Shown here one piece after another: positions 11,850 through 26,219 of a stretch of DNA of 64,000 nt. The notes under the pieces were generated by a model that made no database searches, was not told the DNA's origin, and worked only from the letters and a program-made list of their open reading frames with translations. Position 1 is the stretch's first letter; each line of letters opens with the position of its first letter. A program made the position numbers and the translations under genes. This DNA is from Felis catus (lineage: Eukaryota), in the NCBI RefSeq assembly GCF_018350175.1, contig NC_058368.1:32800001-32864000 (forward strand), written 5' to 3'.

Positions 11850-14800
11850 TTTTGTGTTTTTTATTATTGTTTGTTTGTTTATTTATATTTTAATATGAAA
11901 TTTATTGTCAAATTGCTTTCCATAAAACACCCAGTGCTCATCCCAACAGGTGCCCTCCTCAATACCCATTACCCACCCTCCATCCCACCCTTCATCGACC
12001 TCAGTTTGTTCTCAGTTTTTAAGAGTCTTATGTTTTGGCTTCCTCCCTCTCTAACCTTTTTTTTTTCCTTCCCCTCCCCCATGGTCTTCTGTTAAGTTTC
12101 TCAGGATCCACACAGGAGTGAAAATATATAGTATATGTCTTCCTCTGTATGACTTATTGCATTTAGCGTAACACTCTCCAGTTCCATCCAAGTTGCTACA
12201 AAAGACCATATTTCATTCTTTCTCATTGCCCCATAGTATTCCATTGTGTATATAAACCATAATTTCTTTATCCATTCATCAGTTGATGAATGGCTCTTTC
12301 CATAATTTGACTATGGTTGAAAGTGCTGCTATAAACATTGGGGTACAAATGCCCCTATGCATCAGCACTCCTGTATCCCTTGGGTAAATTCCTAGCCGTT
12401 CTATTGCTGGGTCATAAGGTAGATCTATTTTTAATTTTCTGAGGAACCTCCACACGGTTTTCCAGAGCGGCTTCACCAGTTTGCATTCCCACCAACAGTG
12501 CAAGAGGGTTTCCGTTTCTCCACATCCTCGCCAGCATCTATAGTCTCCTGATTTGTTCATTTTAGCCACTCTGACTGGTGTGAGGTGATATCTGAGTGTG
12601 GTTTTGATTTGTATTTCCCTGATGAGGAGCGACGTTGAGCATCTTTTCATGTGCGTGTTGGCCATCTGGATGTCTTCTTTAGAGAAGTATCTATTCATGT
12701 TTTCTGTCCATTTCTTCACTGGATTATTTGTTTTTTAGGTGTGGAGTTTGGTGAGCTCTTTATAGATTTTGGATACTAGCCCTTTGTCCGATATGTCATT
12801 TGCAACTATCTTTTCCCATTCCATTGGTTGCCTTTTAGTTTTGTTGATTGTTTCCTTTGTTGTGCAGAAGCTTTTTATCTTCATGAGGTCCAAATAGTTC
12901 ATTTTTGCTTTTAATTCCCTTGCCTTTGGGGTTGTGTCAAGTAAGAAATTGCTGCGGCTGAGGTCAGAGTGGTTTTTTCCTGCTGTCTCCTCTAGGGTTT
13001 CGATGGTTTCCTGTCTCACATTCAAGTCCTTTGTCCATTTTGAGTTTATTTTTGTGAATGGTGTAAGAAAGTGGTCTAGTTTCAACCTTCTGTATGTTGC
13101 TGCCCAGTTCTCCCAGCACCATTTGTTAAAGAGGCTGTCTTTTTTCCATTGGATATTCTTTCCTGCTTTGTCAAAGATTAGTTGGTCATATTTTGTGGGT
13201 CTAATTCTGGGGTTTTGTGCCAATACCATGCTGTCTTGATGATTACAGCTTTGTAGTAGAGACTAAAGTCTGGGATTGTGATGCCTCCTACTTTGGTCTT
13301 CTTCTTCAATATTACTTTGGCTATTCAGAGTCTTTTGTAGTTCCATACAAATTTTAGGATTGCTTGTTCTAGCTTTGAGAAGAATGATGGTGCAATTTTG
13401 ATTGGGATTGCATTGAATGTGTTGATAGCTTTGGGTAGTATTGATATTTTAACAATATTTATTCTTCCAATCCATGAGTATGGAATGTTTTTCCATTTCT
13501 TTATACCTTCTTCAATTTTCTTCATAAGCTTTCTATAGTTTTTAGCATACAGAACTTTTACATATTTGGTTAGGTTTATTCCTAGGTATTTTATGTCTCT
13601 TGGTGCAATTGTGAATGGGATCAGTTTCTTTGTCTTTGTGTTGCTTCATTGTTAGTGTATAAGAATGCAACTGATTTCTGTACATTGATTTTGTATCCTG
13701 CGACTTTGCTGAATTCATGTATCAGTTCTAGCAGATTTTTGGTGGAGTCTATCGGGTTTTCCATGTATGATATCATGTCATCTGCAAAAAGTGAAAGCTT
13801 GACTTCATCTTTGCCAATTTTGATGCCTTTGATTTGCTTTTGTTTTCTGATTGCTGATGCTAGCATTTCCAACACTATGTTAAACAACAGCGGTGAGAGT
13901 GGACATCCCTGTCGTGTTCCTGATCTCAGGGGGAAAGCTCTCAGTTTTTCCCCATTGAGGATGATATTATATGTGGACTTTTCATAAATGGCTTTTAGGA
14001 TGTTTAAGTATGTTCCTTCTATCCCAACTTTCTCGAGGGTTTTTATTAAGAAAGGATCCTGGAAGGCAGTCCTGAGAGGAAAATACATTGTAATCCAGGC
14101 CTATCTCAAGAAACAAGAAAAATCCCAAATACAAAATCTAAGAGCACACCTAAAGGAAATAGAAGCAGAAAAGCAAAGACACCCCACACCCACGAGAAGA
14201 AGAGAAATAATAAATATCAGAGCAGAAATAAACAACATAGAATATAAAAAATCTGTAGAGCAGATAAATGAAACCAAGAGTTATTTTTTTAAAAAATAAA
14301 CAAAATTGATAAACCTTTGAGAAGCCAGGCTTCTCAAAAAGAAAAGGGAGATGACCCAAATAGATAAAACTATGAATGAAAATGGAATTATTACAACCAA
14401 TCCCTCAGAAATACAATCAATTATCAGCGAATACTATGAAAAATGATATGTCAACAAACTGGACAACCTGGAAGAAATGGACAAATTCCTAAGCACCCAC
14501 ACACTTCCAAAACTCAAACAGAAAGAAATAGAAAACTTGAACAGACCCATATCAGCAAAGAAATTGTATCAGTTATCAAAAATCTCCCAACAAATAAGAG
14601 TCCAGGACCAAATGGCTTCTCTGGGGAATTCTACCAGACATTGAAAGCAGAGATAATACCTATCCTTCTCAAGCTATTCCAAAAAATAGGGAAGGAAAAC
14701 TTCCAGATTCATTCTATGAAGCCAGAATTCCTTTGATTCCCAAACCAGACAGAGACCCAGCAAAAAAAGGGAACTACAGGCCAATATCCCTGATGAATAT

Positions 14801-15022
14801 GGATGCAGAAATTCTGAGTAAGATACTAGGAAATTGAATTCAACAGCATATAAAAAGAATTATTCACCATGATCAAGTGGGATTCATTCCTGGGCTGCAG
14901 GGATGGTTCAACATTCACAAATCAATTAATGTGATACATCACATTAATAAAAGAAAAGAACCATATGATCCTGTCAATTAATGAAGAAAAAGCATTTGAC
15001 AAAATTTAGCATTCTTGATAAA
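11850..15022 (-). mobile_element. 5'-inverted (twin-primed) felid L1
   Basis: 3' part on the minus strand (11850 to about 14062), inverted ORF2 part on the plus strand (about 14062-15022). TSD aaccaaggttt at 11839-11849 and 15023-15033. Confidence 0.93.
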
Positions 15023-16064
15023 AACCAAGGTTTGACAGATAGATTTTGTTACTGAATGGCTGAGTAGTTCCTAAAGGACTAATACAGCTACAAATTATGA
15101 AACACTTTGAAGTAGAAACACAAACCAACCAAATAAGTTGAATTCTTAAAAAAAAAGCGTTTGACCCAAATGAAGTTAAAAGGAACAAGAGGACAGCCAA
15201 AAGAGAACAACAAAAAAGGGGCAAAGACAAAACTATGAAACATACCAATAATTTCATAAAATTGTGCTAATCACTAAAATTTCTGTTTGATAGCTGAATG
15301 CAATCATAATAGATTTTTTAAATTCCCAATTTTTTAGAGATGTAGAATAACAATAAAATGAACTTTTATATTTATTTTCATTTTAACTATTGTCTGGGAT
15401 TTTCATTTTCAAGCAGATAGTTCTTAATAATATGATTATTAACTTATGTATTATAAGAAAGGTAAGATATTGTTATAACTTCAGACAAAATAATTTATTT
15501 TAATTATTGTGCACAACAGGTCTTCTGGTAATGTGTTCTCTCAATTTGCGTTTTTCTGGAACAGTATTTCTCATTCATGTTTGACATATATTTTCTCATA
15601 GGTTAGCTATGTATGTGTACGTGTGTATATTTCATTTTACACAATCTAAGATTCTAACTTCTTGTATTTTTTAAGAGAAACATGCTATATTTCTTATCTT
15701 TGTATCTCTGTGCATAATGTTTCTTTTTTATTGATTATAATAAAGATGTTTAATTTTTCTTGGATTTTTAGCCGTTTGAATATAATGTATCTTGTGATTT
15801 TGGAGGATATTTATTCTACTTGGGGTGTCTAAGTTTCTTAGATTGTATTTTAAAATTGTTCTTTTTTAATTTTTACTTTCTTTTATTTTTATTGTTTTCA
15901 ATTTTAATTACAATATAGTTAACATACAATATTTATATTAGTTTCAGGTATACAGTATAGTGATTCAGCAATCCTATACATCATTAGTGCTCATCATGAT
16001 AAGTATACTCTTAATCTCTTTCACCTATTTCACCCATCTACCCACCTACTTCCCCTCTGATTGC

Positions 16065-16303
16065 CTTTATTTTTATTTTATTTTATTTTATTTTAAAGTT
16101 TATTTATTTGTTTTTAAGAGAGAGAGAGCAAGAGTAAGCAGGAGAAGGGCAGAGAGAGAGAAAGGGAGAGGGAGAATCCCAAGAAGGTTCTGCACCATCA
16201 GTATGGAGCACGATGTCGGGCTCAAACTCGCAAACCCTGAAGTCATGACCTGAGTGGAAATCAAGAGTCCGACCCTCAACCAACCTGAGGCACCCAGGTG
16301 CCC
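16065..16303 (-). mobile_element. CAN-SINE
   Basis: Reverse-complement head, (GA)n and T tail. Confidence 0.85.
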
Positions 16304-17227
16304 AGGATATGCTTTACTTTAAATGAGTAGCCTCAGTTGAAGTTATTTTTTTTCAATAAGAACATTTTTATTTGAAGCGTCCTTTGGAATATATGGTTCT
16401 AAAAGATATGTATAAAACATTCCATCCAAGAAAAATATAATACACATTTTCCTTAACACACAGAAGAATCCCCTGGTTAAATCTATAAAAAAAGACATAA
16501 CAAATATTACAAATGTAAGAAGACATTTTGAAATCATACCAAGTATGTTTTCCAACCACAATGGTGCAAAACTAAAGCTCAACAATAAAACAAAGCTGGA
16601 AAATCTATAATGTAAATATTAAATATTTAACATATAAATATTAAACAACACATAATCACACAAGCAGTGGGCCAAATAAGAAATCAGACAGCAAATCAAA
16701 ATATGTCTTAAAACAACAGAAAAAGAAAATGCAATATTCCAAAACCTGTGGGATTCAGCAACATCAGACGTTGGAGGAAATTTATCTATAAATGCTTGTA
16801 TTAAGGAAAAAAAATAAACAACTGAACATTACACCACAAGGAACTAGGAAAAAGAAGAGACTTAGCTGAAATTTAGTAGAGGAAGAAAATAACAAAGAAA
16901 AATCAGAAATAAAATAGATACCAGAATAACATAATATTGAAATGATCAGAATGAATAAATAAATAAGTAAATAAATCAATAGTAACTAAGAAAAAAGAGA
17001 GAAGACACAAAAACCAATGAGAAATGGAAGAGAAAACAAAACACCAGATAACCACAGAAAAACATAGTGTGATAACAGATTACTATAAACAATTATATAC
17101 TAACAAATCAGATGATATAGGGGGAAAAACAACAGATAATTTCTAACAATGCACAAGTTACCATGATTGGTCATGAATCTTGAGGATTTTTATTATTCTT
17201 GAAAAATGTGGCCATTATTTCTTCCCA

Positions 17228-17325
17228 TATTTTTCTTTTCTTTTCTTTCTTTTCTTTTCTTTTCTTTTCTTTTCTTTTCTTTTCTTTCTTTTCATTTCTT
17301 TTCTTTTCTTTTCCTTTCTTTTTTT
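17228..17325 (+). repeat. (TTTTC)n microsatellite
   Basis: Direct reading. Confidence 0.95.
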
Positions 17326-18359
17326 TCCTTCCCATATTTCTTCTGCCTTCTTTATGTTTTCCTCCCGGGATTCCAATTACATATATGTTAGACCATGTGA
17401 TTTTGTCTGACATCTTTTGGAAGGTTCATACTTTTGTCTTTTTTCTTTTTTCCATTCTCATTATTTTTTTGTGCTCCAATCTGAGTAATTGTTATTTTTC
17501 TGTGATTGTTTACCTTTTTTTCCCCGCAACTGAATCAAGTCTACTGATGAACCTGTTGAAAGAATTCTTTATCTCTGTTATCAAGTATTGTCGCATTTTG
17601 CTTTGTTTTGTTTGGCATGTCCTTTTGAACCTTTTATGTAGTTTCTCTTTTCTGAAGTTTCCCACATGTTTTGTGTGTTGTTAAGTTCTTCCATTAGAAC
17701 TTTTAGTATATTCATCATAGTTATTTTAAATTCCCTGATAAACCCAACATCTGGGTAACTTTAAAGTTTAGTTCTGTTAATCTTGTTTTTTTGTGTATCA
17801 TAATTTTTTCTTGATTATGATAATTTTTTGTAGAACGTGAGGTAGAATGGAGGAGTATTTAAGTGGTTAGTTCTCTTCATCTGCTAGGTCACTAGTATGG
17901 GAATTTGAGTCAGTCTAGTCAAGAGTTGAGCTGTCTTTAGATTTTGATGTTGCAGTGGTGTCTTTCAGTGGAGCACTGGTTTCAGATTCCTCTAGTGTTA
18001 CCTGGGGCTTAGGGTGCACATTGGGTGTCCAGAGAGTTTCAATCACTAGTCCTCTTGAAACTAAGTGTTAGAACCTCCTTGTAAACTTGTAGTCCAGAAA
18101 GGACCTCTGTACATATTCTTCCCCCATCCTCTAGTGATAGGCTGCTAATTCTAGTTCTCTGGTGCTTACTAGTGCAGTATTGTGGGTAAAAGAGTTTTCT
18201 TTTTCTCTTGATCTGGCTTTGCCTTAAGCAGGCTCTGTAACCTCAAGTCTGATTGTTACCTTCCCTCTGTTGTAGGAGTTGTCTTATGGTTTAGGCTCAG
18301 GAAATTTTCTGCCCCATCCTGAAAGGATGATTTTTTTTTTTAATCTGTAGGATTTCTTC

Positions 18360-18559
18360 TTATTTTTAATGTTTATTTATTTTGAGAGATAGAAAGCGAG
18401 TGGGAAGAGTGGCAGAGAGAGAGAGACAGAATCCCAAACAGGCTTTGCAGCTGTCAGCACAGAACCCAATGCAGGGCTCAAACCCATGAACTGGGAGATC
18501 ATGACCTGAGTCAAAACCAAGACTTGAAGTTCAACCCACTGAGCCACCCAGGCACACCC
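18360..18559 (-). mobile_element. CAN-SINE
   Basis: gagccacccaggcacaccc end. Confidence 0.88.
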
Positions 18560-18968
18560 TGTAGGTGTTCTTCTATTGATACACCACTTTTGCATACCTG
18601 ACATAAGCTCAACTGGGATGTGATATACACACACACACACACACACACACGTATGTATTATACATATATACATATGTATGTATTATATATAATAATATAT
18701 ATTATTAATATATACTACATATCACATATATATATATATTTATACACCACTATATTTGGTTCACTAGCATTTTTCTTATAATTGTTGCATCTATATTTAT
18801 GAGTGAGATTGGCTTCTAATTTTTCTTTCTCATCCTGTACTTGCCTCATTTTGATGTTAAGGCTAAATTACCCTGGCCTCATAAAACAGGTAGTGTTCCT
18901 GCTTTTTCCAATCTCAGGAAGAGTTTTTTTTTTTTTTTTTTTTTTTTTTATAAAATTAGAGTTATCTT

Positions 18969-19165
18969 GGGGCACCTGGGTGGCTCAGTGGGTTGAGCGT
19001 CTGACTTCGGCTCGGGTCATGATCTCACGGTTTGTGGGCTCAAGCCCCGCGTCAGGCTCTGTGCTTGGAGCCTGCTTTGGATTCTGTGTCTCCCTCTCTT
19101 TCTGCCCCTTCCATGCTCATGCTCTGTCTCTCTCTGTCTCTCAAAAATAAATAAATGTAAAAAAA
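18969..19165 (+). mobile_element. CAN-SINE
   Basis: TSD aaaattagagtt. Confidence 0.92.
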
Positions 19166-20298
19166 ATTAGAGTTTTCTCTACTAGAGAGATCTTTTTTTT
19201 GCCCCTTTATTGTTCTTTCCTACACAGTATATCTTCAGTTATGTCATTGAGGTAACAGAGTTTTTATTCTTCCCAGCGGCTTAAGACGTGTTCCTCAAAG
19301 ATTAAGGGCCCAGGTAGAGCTTTACATCCTTCTTGCTTCTGTAACCACTCCCCTTCTCCTGGCAAACTCCTCCAGCAGAGGTTTCCTCTAGTCTCCCTCC
19401 CTTCTCCCAGTTTTTTCTTGTGTTTCTCAAGAGTACCTGCTGAGGTCCATGTAGTCTGAAGCCAACAAGCCCACTTTGTATTTGCTTTTGATCAATTCAT
19501 CATGGTTATTTTAAATTCTGTGGTCATGTGTTAGTCATGTGTTAGCCCACTTTTAGCCTTTATAAACTTGTTAAACACTTATCTGAGATCTTCTCACCTG
19601 CTTGAGAGAAGATTCTGTGTTCTTCCACAGATGATCCGATGCACACGCTGTGTCTTGCCATGGATTTTCTTAGATTTCATGAGAGTTTGCTGTCTTTTGA
19701 AATCAAATCCCTAGTGAGTTCAAAAGTGATGATTTTTAGATTATCAAACTTTTTCTCATTTTGGGGGTGAAAGTCTTCAGTTTCCTAGGGTGAAGCCAGA
19801 AGTCTATTTCCCTAAATATTTTAATATACATTCTAATTGATAAAGTCTAAAATTAATCATCATCTTTATCCTTCTCTCAAATATCACAAAGACCTAATTA
19901 TAATGACTTCTAACATTTATATTTGCTCATGCACAATCTTAGTTTATTTTTGTATATTGTTTGTATTTTTGCTCTTTCCTCTAATTGCTGTTTCTGTTGT
20001 TATTTGGCTATTTTATTATGATGTTAGGTTCTGGCTTTGATTGTTATGCTATACATATGGGAATCAATCACATGGCTTCAATCTGAGAATCTGTACCTTT
20101 TATTCAGTTAGTGCCTAGTTTAGCCATTTGCATGTCCTGGGTGGACAAAATGATGATTGTGGGTGAGGCTCAAGCCTGCCTTTTACATCTCTTTTACATT
20201 TCTTCTTCACATTTTGTTCTCTATTTCTCTCAATATTTTATTTTATGAGTTATGATTTTATCCTTTAGAAGTTTTCTTCCATAGTACTAATGTTATTT

Positions 20299-20509
20299 TT
20301 TTTTTCAACGTTTATTTTTTATTTTTGGGACAGAGAGAGACAGAGCATGAATGGGGGAGGGGCAGAGAGAGGGAGACACAGAATCGGAAGCAGGCTTCAG
20401 GCTCTGAGCCATCAGCCCAGAGCCTGACGCGGGGCTCGAACTCACGGACCGCGAGATCGTGACCTGGCTGAAGTCGGACGCTTAACGGACTGCGCCACCC
20501 AGGCGCCCC
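20299..20509 (-). mobile_element. Young felid CAN-SINE
   Basis: Perfect TSD agtactaatgttattt. Confidence 0.95.
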
Positions 20510-20774
20510 AGTACTAATGTTATTTACATTTATGTCAAATTTGCTATTCATTTATGCTTTAAGCTTTAACTCTAATGACTATGTCTTCTGTAAATTTAAT
20601 CTTATTCTTTTTTTATAAAATTGTTCAGTTATTTATTAATTGTGAAAAAAAATGTGTGCTGTAAATTTTTTTTTATTATCCTTTACCTGCAGTTCTTGAT
20701 GTAATACTATTGTTTGCTCTGCTGGCTGAATTTACTGGTTAGTTGTATCATTGTTGGGTTTGTAGTTGTATTAA

Positions 20775-22190
20775 AAACATTGTATACCAACAATGAACAT
20801 TTGGAATTGGAAATTAAAAACAATATCATTAATGGTACCTTTGAAAATGAAATACTTAGGCATAAATCTAAGAAAATATATGTATGATTTATATCAGGAC
20901 CTAAAAATCTCTAATGATTGAAACTGAAGAACTATATATAGATAGATAGCCCATATTCACAAATAGGAAATTTTAATATTGTTGGGATGTTAGTTATTTC
21001 TAACTTGATGTATATGTAATTCACCTCCAATCAAAATCCCAGCAAGCTATTTTGTGGATATCAACAAACTAATTCTAAATTTTATAAGGGAAGAAAAAGA
21101 CTCAAGACTCAAGACAATATTAAAGGAGAAGAACAAAATTGGAAGGCTGAACTAACTTCAAGACTTACTGTGAAGCTACAATACTCAGGACAGTATGATA
21201 TTGGTGAAAGAATAAACAAAAAGATTAATGGAACAGAATGGAGAGACAATAAATAGACCCACATAAATGTAGTCATTGATCTTTGACAAAAGAAATACAA
21301 TAAAGAAAAGATAATCTTTTCACAAAATGGTGCTAGAAAAACTGAACTTCCATATGTACAAAATGAATTTAGACACAGACTGTACATCCATCACAAACAA
21401 TTTACTCAAAATGAAGTGAAAAATAAAAATTATAAAACTCTTAATAGGTAACACAGGAGAAAATCTAGATGACTTTGAGTTTGCTGATGACTTTTTAGAT
21501 GTAATATCAAAGGCATGATCCAGAAAAGAAATAATTGATAGACTGGACTTCATTCAAAATAAAAACTTCTGTTCTATTGAAGACAATATTAAGACAATAA
21601 AAAGATAAGTTGGGAGAAAATATTTACAAAAGATATATCTGATAAAGGACTGTTATCCAAAATAGCAACAAATAAGCAAGTGAACAAACACTCTTAAAAG
21701 TCAACAATAAAGAAGTAAACGACCAAATTAAAAAAAATGGGCAAAAGACCTGAATAGATACTTCACCGAAGAGATATACAGATGGCACATAAATATATAA
21801 AGATGATCAGTATTATATGTAATTTGGAAACTGCCAATTAAAACAATAATAAGATACCATTACACAACTATATTAGAATGCCCCAAACCCCAAACACTGA
21901 CAACATCAAATGCTGGAGAGATTGTAGAGCAACAGGAAATCTTATTCATTGCCCATGGGAATGCAAAGTGGTACATCTATTTTAAGAGAGTTTGACAGTG
22001 TCTTCCAAAATTAAATATACTCTTACACTAAAATTCAGCAATCACACTCCTTGGAATTACTCAAAGGAGTTGAAAATTTATGTCCACACCAAAACCTGTA
22101 TATGGATGCTATAACAGCTTTATTCATAATCCCCAAACTTGGAAACAAGCAATGGTTGAATGGATAAATAAACAGTGGTACATCCAAGTA
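20775..22190 (+). mobile_element. Old L1M ORF2 3' fragment
   Basis: Degenerate KYLGINL / DFKTY / ISDKGL motifs. Confidence 0.8.
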
Positions 22191-22655
22191 TGGACTCAAC
22201 TCAAGCCCTGCCTCATCAAATGGGTCTGTCTTAACACTTTCATATATGCTGATATATGTGTCACTGTGGACATGTATTGTACCCTGCTTAATTAATTTTT
22301 TGTCTATATTTTCTTGTTCATCCTAGTGCAATGGAAGTTTTGAAAGCCAGGACCACTGTTCTATATATCTCATTGTTTAGAACAATGTCAGGACCATCAT
22401 GGCATTGGCTGGCTACTTAATGATTAAATGAGTGAATGCATTGGACAGATGATTCAATACATAATCTCACTTAGTGACATTAATGGGATACCATAATAGA
22501 AAAAAAATTATTAAGATATGGCTAAAGTATTCTTAGCTTAGATTGATTTTTGGCTACTTAGTTCCAAAATTTGGACATTTCCTTTGTACCAAGGTTTGAG
22601 AACAGGGAGCATCTGTCATATGACATGATGATTTTATTTAATAAATAACTTTTTA

Positions 22656-23380
22656 GGGGGCATCTGGGTGGCTCAGCTGGTTAAGTGTCCAGCTCTTGAT
22701 CTCTGCTCAGGCTATGATCTCGTAGTTCGTGAGTTCGAGCCCCGTGTCTGGCTCCACGCTGACAATACGGAGCCTATTTGGGATATTCTCTCTTTCCTTC
22801 TCTCTCTGCCCCTCCCCATCTCTCTCAAAATAAATAAATAAACGTTAAAAGATTAAAAACATAACTTTTCAGGAAGCAATCTGATGAATTTCCATTAGTA
22901 CCCAATAGAAATCTAAAATCTTTTTGGGGGCGTCTTGGTAGCTTAGTCAGTTAAGTGTCTGACTCTTAGTTTCACCTTAGGTCATGATCTTACAGTTCGT
23001 GAGTTTGAACCTTGCGTTAGGCTGTCCACAGATGGTGAGGAGCCTGTTTGGGATTCTCTTTCTTCCTCCCTCTCTCTCTCTCCCTCTGCTCCTCTCACGT
23101 CTCTGTCTCTCAAAATAAATGAAAAAAATTTAAAAGAAACAAAATCTTTTTTGAAGATGTTTGTAAATTCTGTTGCTTTTATAAACCTTTGGTAAAGCAT
23201 TTTGGAACAAACCATAAAAAGTTCACTTCAGTTTCAGTCGGTTAAGTGTCTGACACTTGATTTCAGCCAAGGTCATGATCTCACAGATGGCCCTGAGACA
23301 GGCTTAGTGCTGAGTGCTTGGGATTTTCTCTCTCTCTGCCTCTCCCCTGTTCGTGCTTACCCTCTCTTTCTCTCTCAAAA

Positions 23381-23411
<31 letters not shown>

Positions 23412-23425
23412 ATATTTTTTTAAAA
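22656..23425 (+). mobile_element. Cluster of three CAN-SINEs (22656, 22926, 5'-truncated 23232)
   Basis: Each has a tail and a TSD (ataactttt; aaaatcttttttg; aaaaag[t/c]tcactt). Confidence 0.9.
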
Positions 23426-23539
23426 AAGCTCACTTCGAAATTAGTAGAATCATGGAGAAGATAATTTTTATTCCAGTTAGATAGGAAAATAACCAGATAA
23501 GGTATATTTATACATATATGTTAAGTGTATTACTAATAC

Positions 23540-23764
23540 TTATCCTTTATTTACTAACTCAAAACTTTCAATATGACATATAAATGACAACTGCATTTGG
23601 ATACAAATGTGAATTAGAAATTCTTTCATTCTAGCATCACTCTCCAATATATAGTTGAATGGTCTAGTAGGGCTGTACAGTCTAATTTGGTTACTGCATC
23701 CATGCTTTAAGAGGCTTATATGGATAACATCTATATTCTCTGTCATACCAGAATCCTTTAATTT
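23540..23764 (-). pseudogene. Pseudo-exon, SEA C-terminal half
   Basis: Acceptor ctccacacAG. KLKDSGMTENIDVIHISLLKHGCSNQIRLYSPTRPFNYILESDARMKEFLIHICIQMQLSFICHIESFELVNKG, open throughout. Confidence 0.5.
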
Positions 23765-24550
23765 CTGTGTGGAGTAATTTTTTTATATCATCTTTTATTC
23801 AAATGGCACTTTGATGTATTAAATGAGGAACAAAAGTATAATTCATCCTTAAAGTAATATGTCAAATTGTGACATTTCAAATGAATAAAAAGAAACACTA
23901 TTCTGCCTTATATCCTGTTGGTTGAGATTATATATGACTATATAAATAATAAAGGTAAATATATATATACATATATAATTTATCTAGACCATATGCTTAT
24001 TTATATACTAATACATTCTAATTTTATGAAATTACAGCTAGCAAAAATATATAAAATATGGTAATCATTCACATGAGGAGATACAGAAATTATTTAACCC
24101 TCATGATTTAGCATCACACATTTTATTACTTTGTAAACAAGTACCTGAGTCATTGAGTAGGAAATTTCTGTAACCAATAATTAAGGAAATTTTAATTTGT
24201 GAACGTGCCTATTGCTACATATAATATTACAGAGAGTAAATTTCTGCTATATATTATTTTTATTGACCAAAATTATGATTTTTCCATCAACTGTGTTTAT
24301 TTAATTTTCATTTTTAAGCACTATTTTTAATTACATGCCTTTTTCCAACGTGAGCTTTTATGGAGTGATATGAAACTTACATTTAGTAATCATTTATTAT
24401 GAACTTTCTCACAGAATTATAAACTCTTTCTTGATATATCCATTTGTTTATTTCTGTCTAGAAATCCTGAAAACTATGTTACCTATATGCTAAAATAAAG
24501 CCGAATAATACAAGCCCTGAGTTGTCTTAATAACCATTTAAATATTTTAC

Positions 24551-24697
24551 TTGAAATAACTGTAAATGGAGTTAATTTCATTCAGTGTGTGTTTCTCTTC
24601 ATGAAGATGATTTTAAATTAAATCCTGTGAGAAAATATGCTATCGTGAATGGGAAATACGAGTGTCGGGAGGGTCTTCCTTTCCTTCTACTTCTATT
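24551..24697 (-). pseudogene. Pseudo-exon, SEA N-terminal half
   Basis: Strong acceptor tttgcttttattgcAG. IEVEGKEDPPD / YFPFTIA / HIFSQDLI*NHLHEEKHTLNEINSIY. Donor CAA|GTAAAA. Confidence 0.5.
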
Positions 24698-25421
24698 CTG
24701 CAATAAAAGCAAACTCACAGGGCATACGAGTAATTTACTTCCATCTAAATCAGTGCTTATTATGCTGGCCAAAATGATTGGCTTAGCGATTGTCATGTTA
24801 AACAAAAGCTGCCTACATAATACCTCACGTGTATTTCATATATGCTATTTATTTCAGATAAGAGTGCCACTAATAAAATTAAGGCATTTAGCTAAGAGGA
24901 CAGCTATGAAGTGAGACTGCCTTGTTGAAGTCCTATCTCATTCCCATAGCTGCCCACTAACTATGGACTTCTCACCTCTCCAAAGGTTAGGCATGGGGTA
25001 CTATAATTACAAAGAAACAAAACAAAGCAAAACAAATCCCATACCTCATCTGAATATTATATGTATGATCTATTTTAAATCTCATTTTAGGTTACAGAAA
25101 ACAAGAAAATAATTCAGAAAAATGAAATTAGAAGAATGTTGGCCTCCACAGAGCAGTCTTAAAGTAGGCTGTTTTAAAGTCTGGATGTCAGTTTTAGTCA
25201 TTTGATTGCAGGGGAATATCTCAGGCTGGTCATGGAATTATATTTGCCATATTAAAGTTGTTGGCTTATATTGAGTATAATATGGTTTGGAGAGGCAGCC
25301 ATTTATTCTAAGCTCTTAGGAGGAAGTATTCTATGAGGCAGGAAGTCACGCTGAGGCAAGCCATGAAGTCTTAGGGGTTTTCTGAGTTTTTCTGTCCTTT
25401 AATTCATCTTCTGAGAAGAAT

Positions 25422-25423
25422 TT

Positions 25424-25466
<43 letters not shown>

Positions 25467-25680
25467 GTCTTTCTGTCTTTCTGTCTTTCTTTCTTTCAAG
25501 TTTATTTATTTGTTTTGAGAGAGACAAAGAGAGGGAGGGGCAGAGACAGAGAATCTCAAGCAGGCTCCGTGATCAGTGCACAGAGCCCGATGTGGGGCTC
25601 CAGCTCATGAGCTGTGAGATGATGACCTGCGATGAAATTCAGGGTCAAACGCTTAACTGACTGAGCCACCCAGGTGCCCC
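25422..25680 (-). mobile_element. CAN-SINE with (TTTC)n expanded tail
   Basis: Head at 25680, microsatellite at 25422-25497. Confidence 0.9.
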
Positions 25681-26219
25681 TGGTTATTTCTTAATGACTT
25701 GCATACAACATAGGTAAATAGAGATTACTCCTGATAACAGATCATTGATTAGACCAGGAATTCGTATTTAAACACATTCTCCCAGAGACTATGCTCCTTA
25801 TAGGAACACGTGCAAGGATCAAATATTTAAACAACTCTATTTTAGTATATTGATTGAGACCAGGAAAAGTGAAGGAGCAATAGTCAAGTTTATAAAACTA
25901 AAACTTCAAAAACTGTAAAGAAAAAAAAGCAAAAGTAAGCATTTGTACTCATCAATAAGATTTGTGTGCAAGGTTTTGTTATCACTAATGTTATTTAACA
26001 CTGTTCTTCAAAGCATAAGGTAACTGGGTCCATAATAGATAATAACTAATAATAATAGCCCAGTTGCTAATGAACAGGTTTGTTTATTATTTATAACAAT
26101 GAAATGTAAACACTTGGTTTATATTAAATAATCATGACAGAGATGGACTAGTAAAAAGCACGCTGCTCTTGAAGGTGGTAGCTCTCAGTATTTAAGGTTA
26201 GGACATGTACTTGGACCTG

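Larger units (their letters stand above)
15500..19800. mobile_element. Composite of old L1 fragments: ORF1/5' region on minus, L1 3' end at 15880-16060 on minus, ORF2 at 16420-17165 on plus
   Basis: WSNIYVIGIP ORF1 motif on minus near 17350-17400. Endonuclease-linker-like sequence on plus. Confidence 0.6.

Noticed and set aside
17171..17684. F/S/L-rich and K/E/R-rich ORFs of up to 161 aa
   Set aside because: Translation of the (TTTTC)n microsatellite and antisense old L1.
26183..26195. 13-nt match to the putative L1 transduction tag
   Set aside because: Short, AT-rich and not adjacent to an L1 3' end. Most likely chance.
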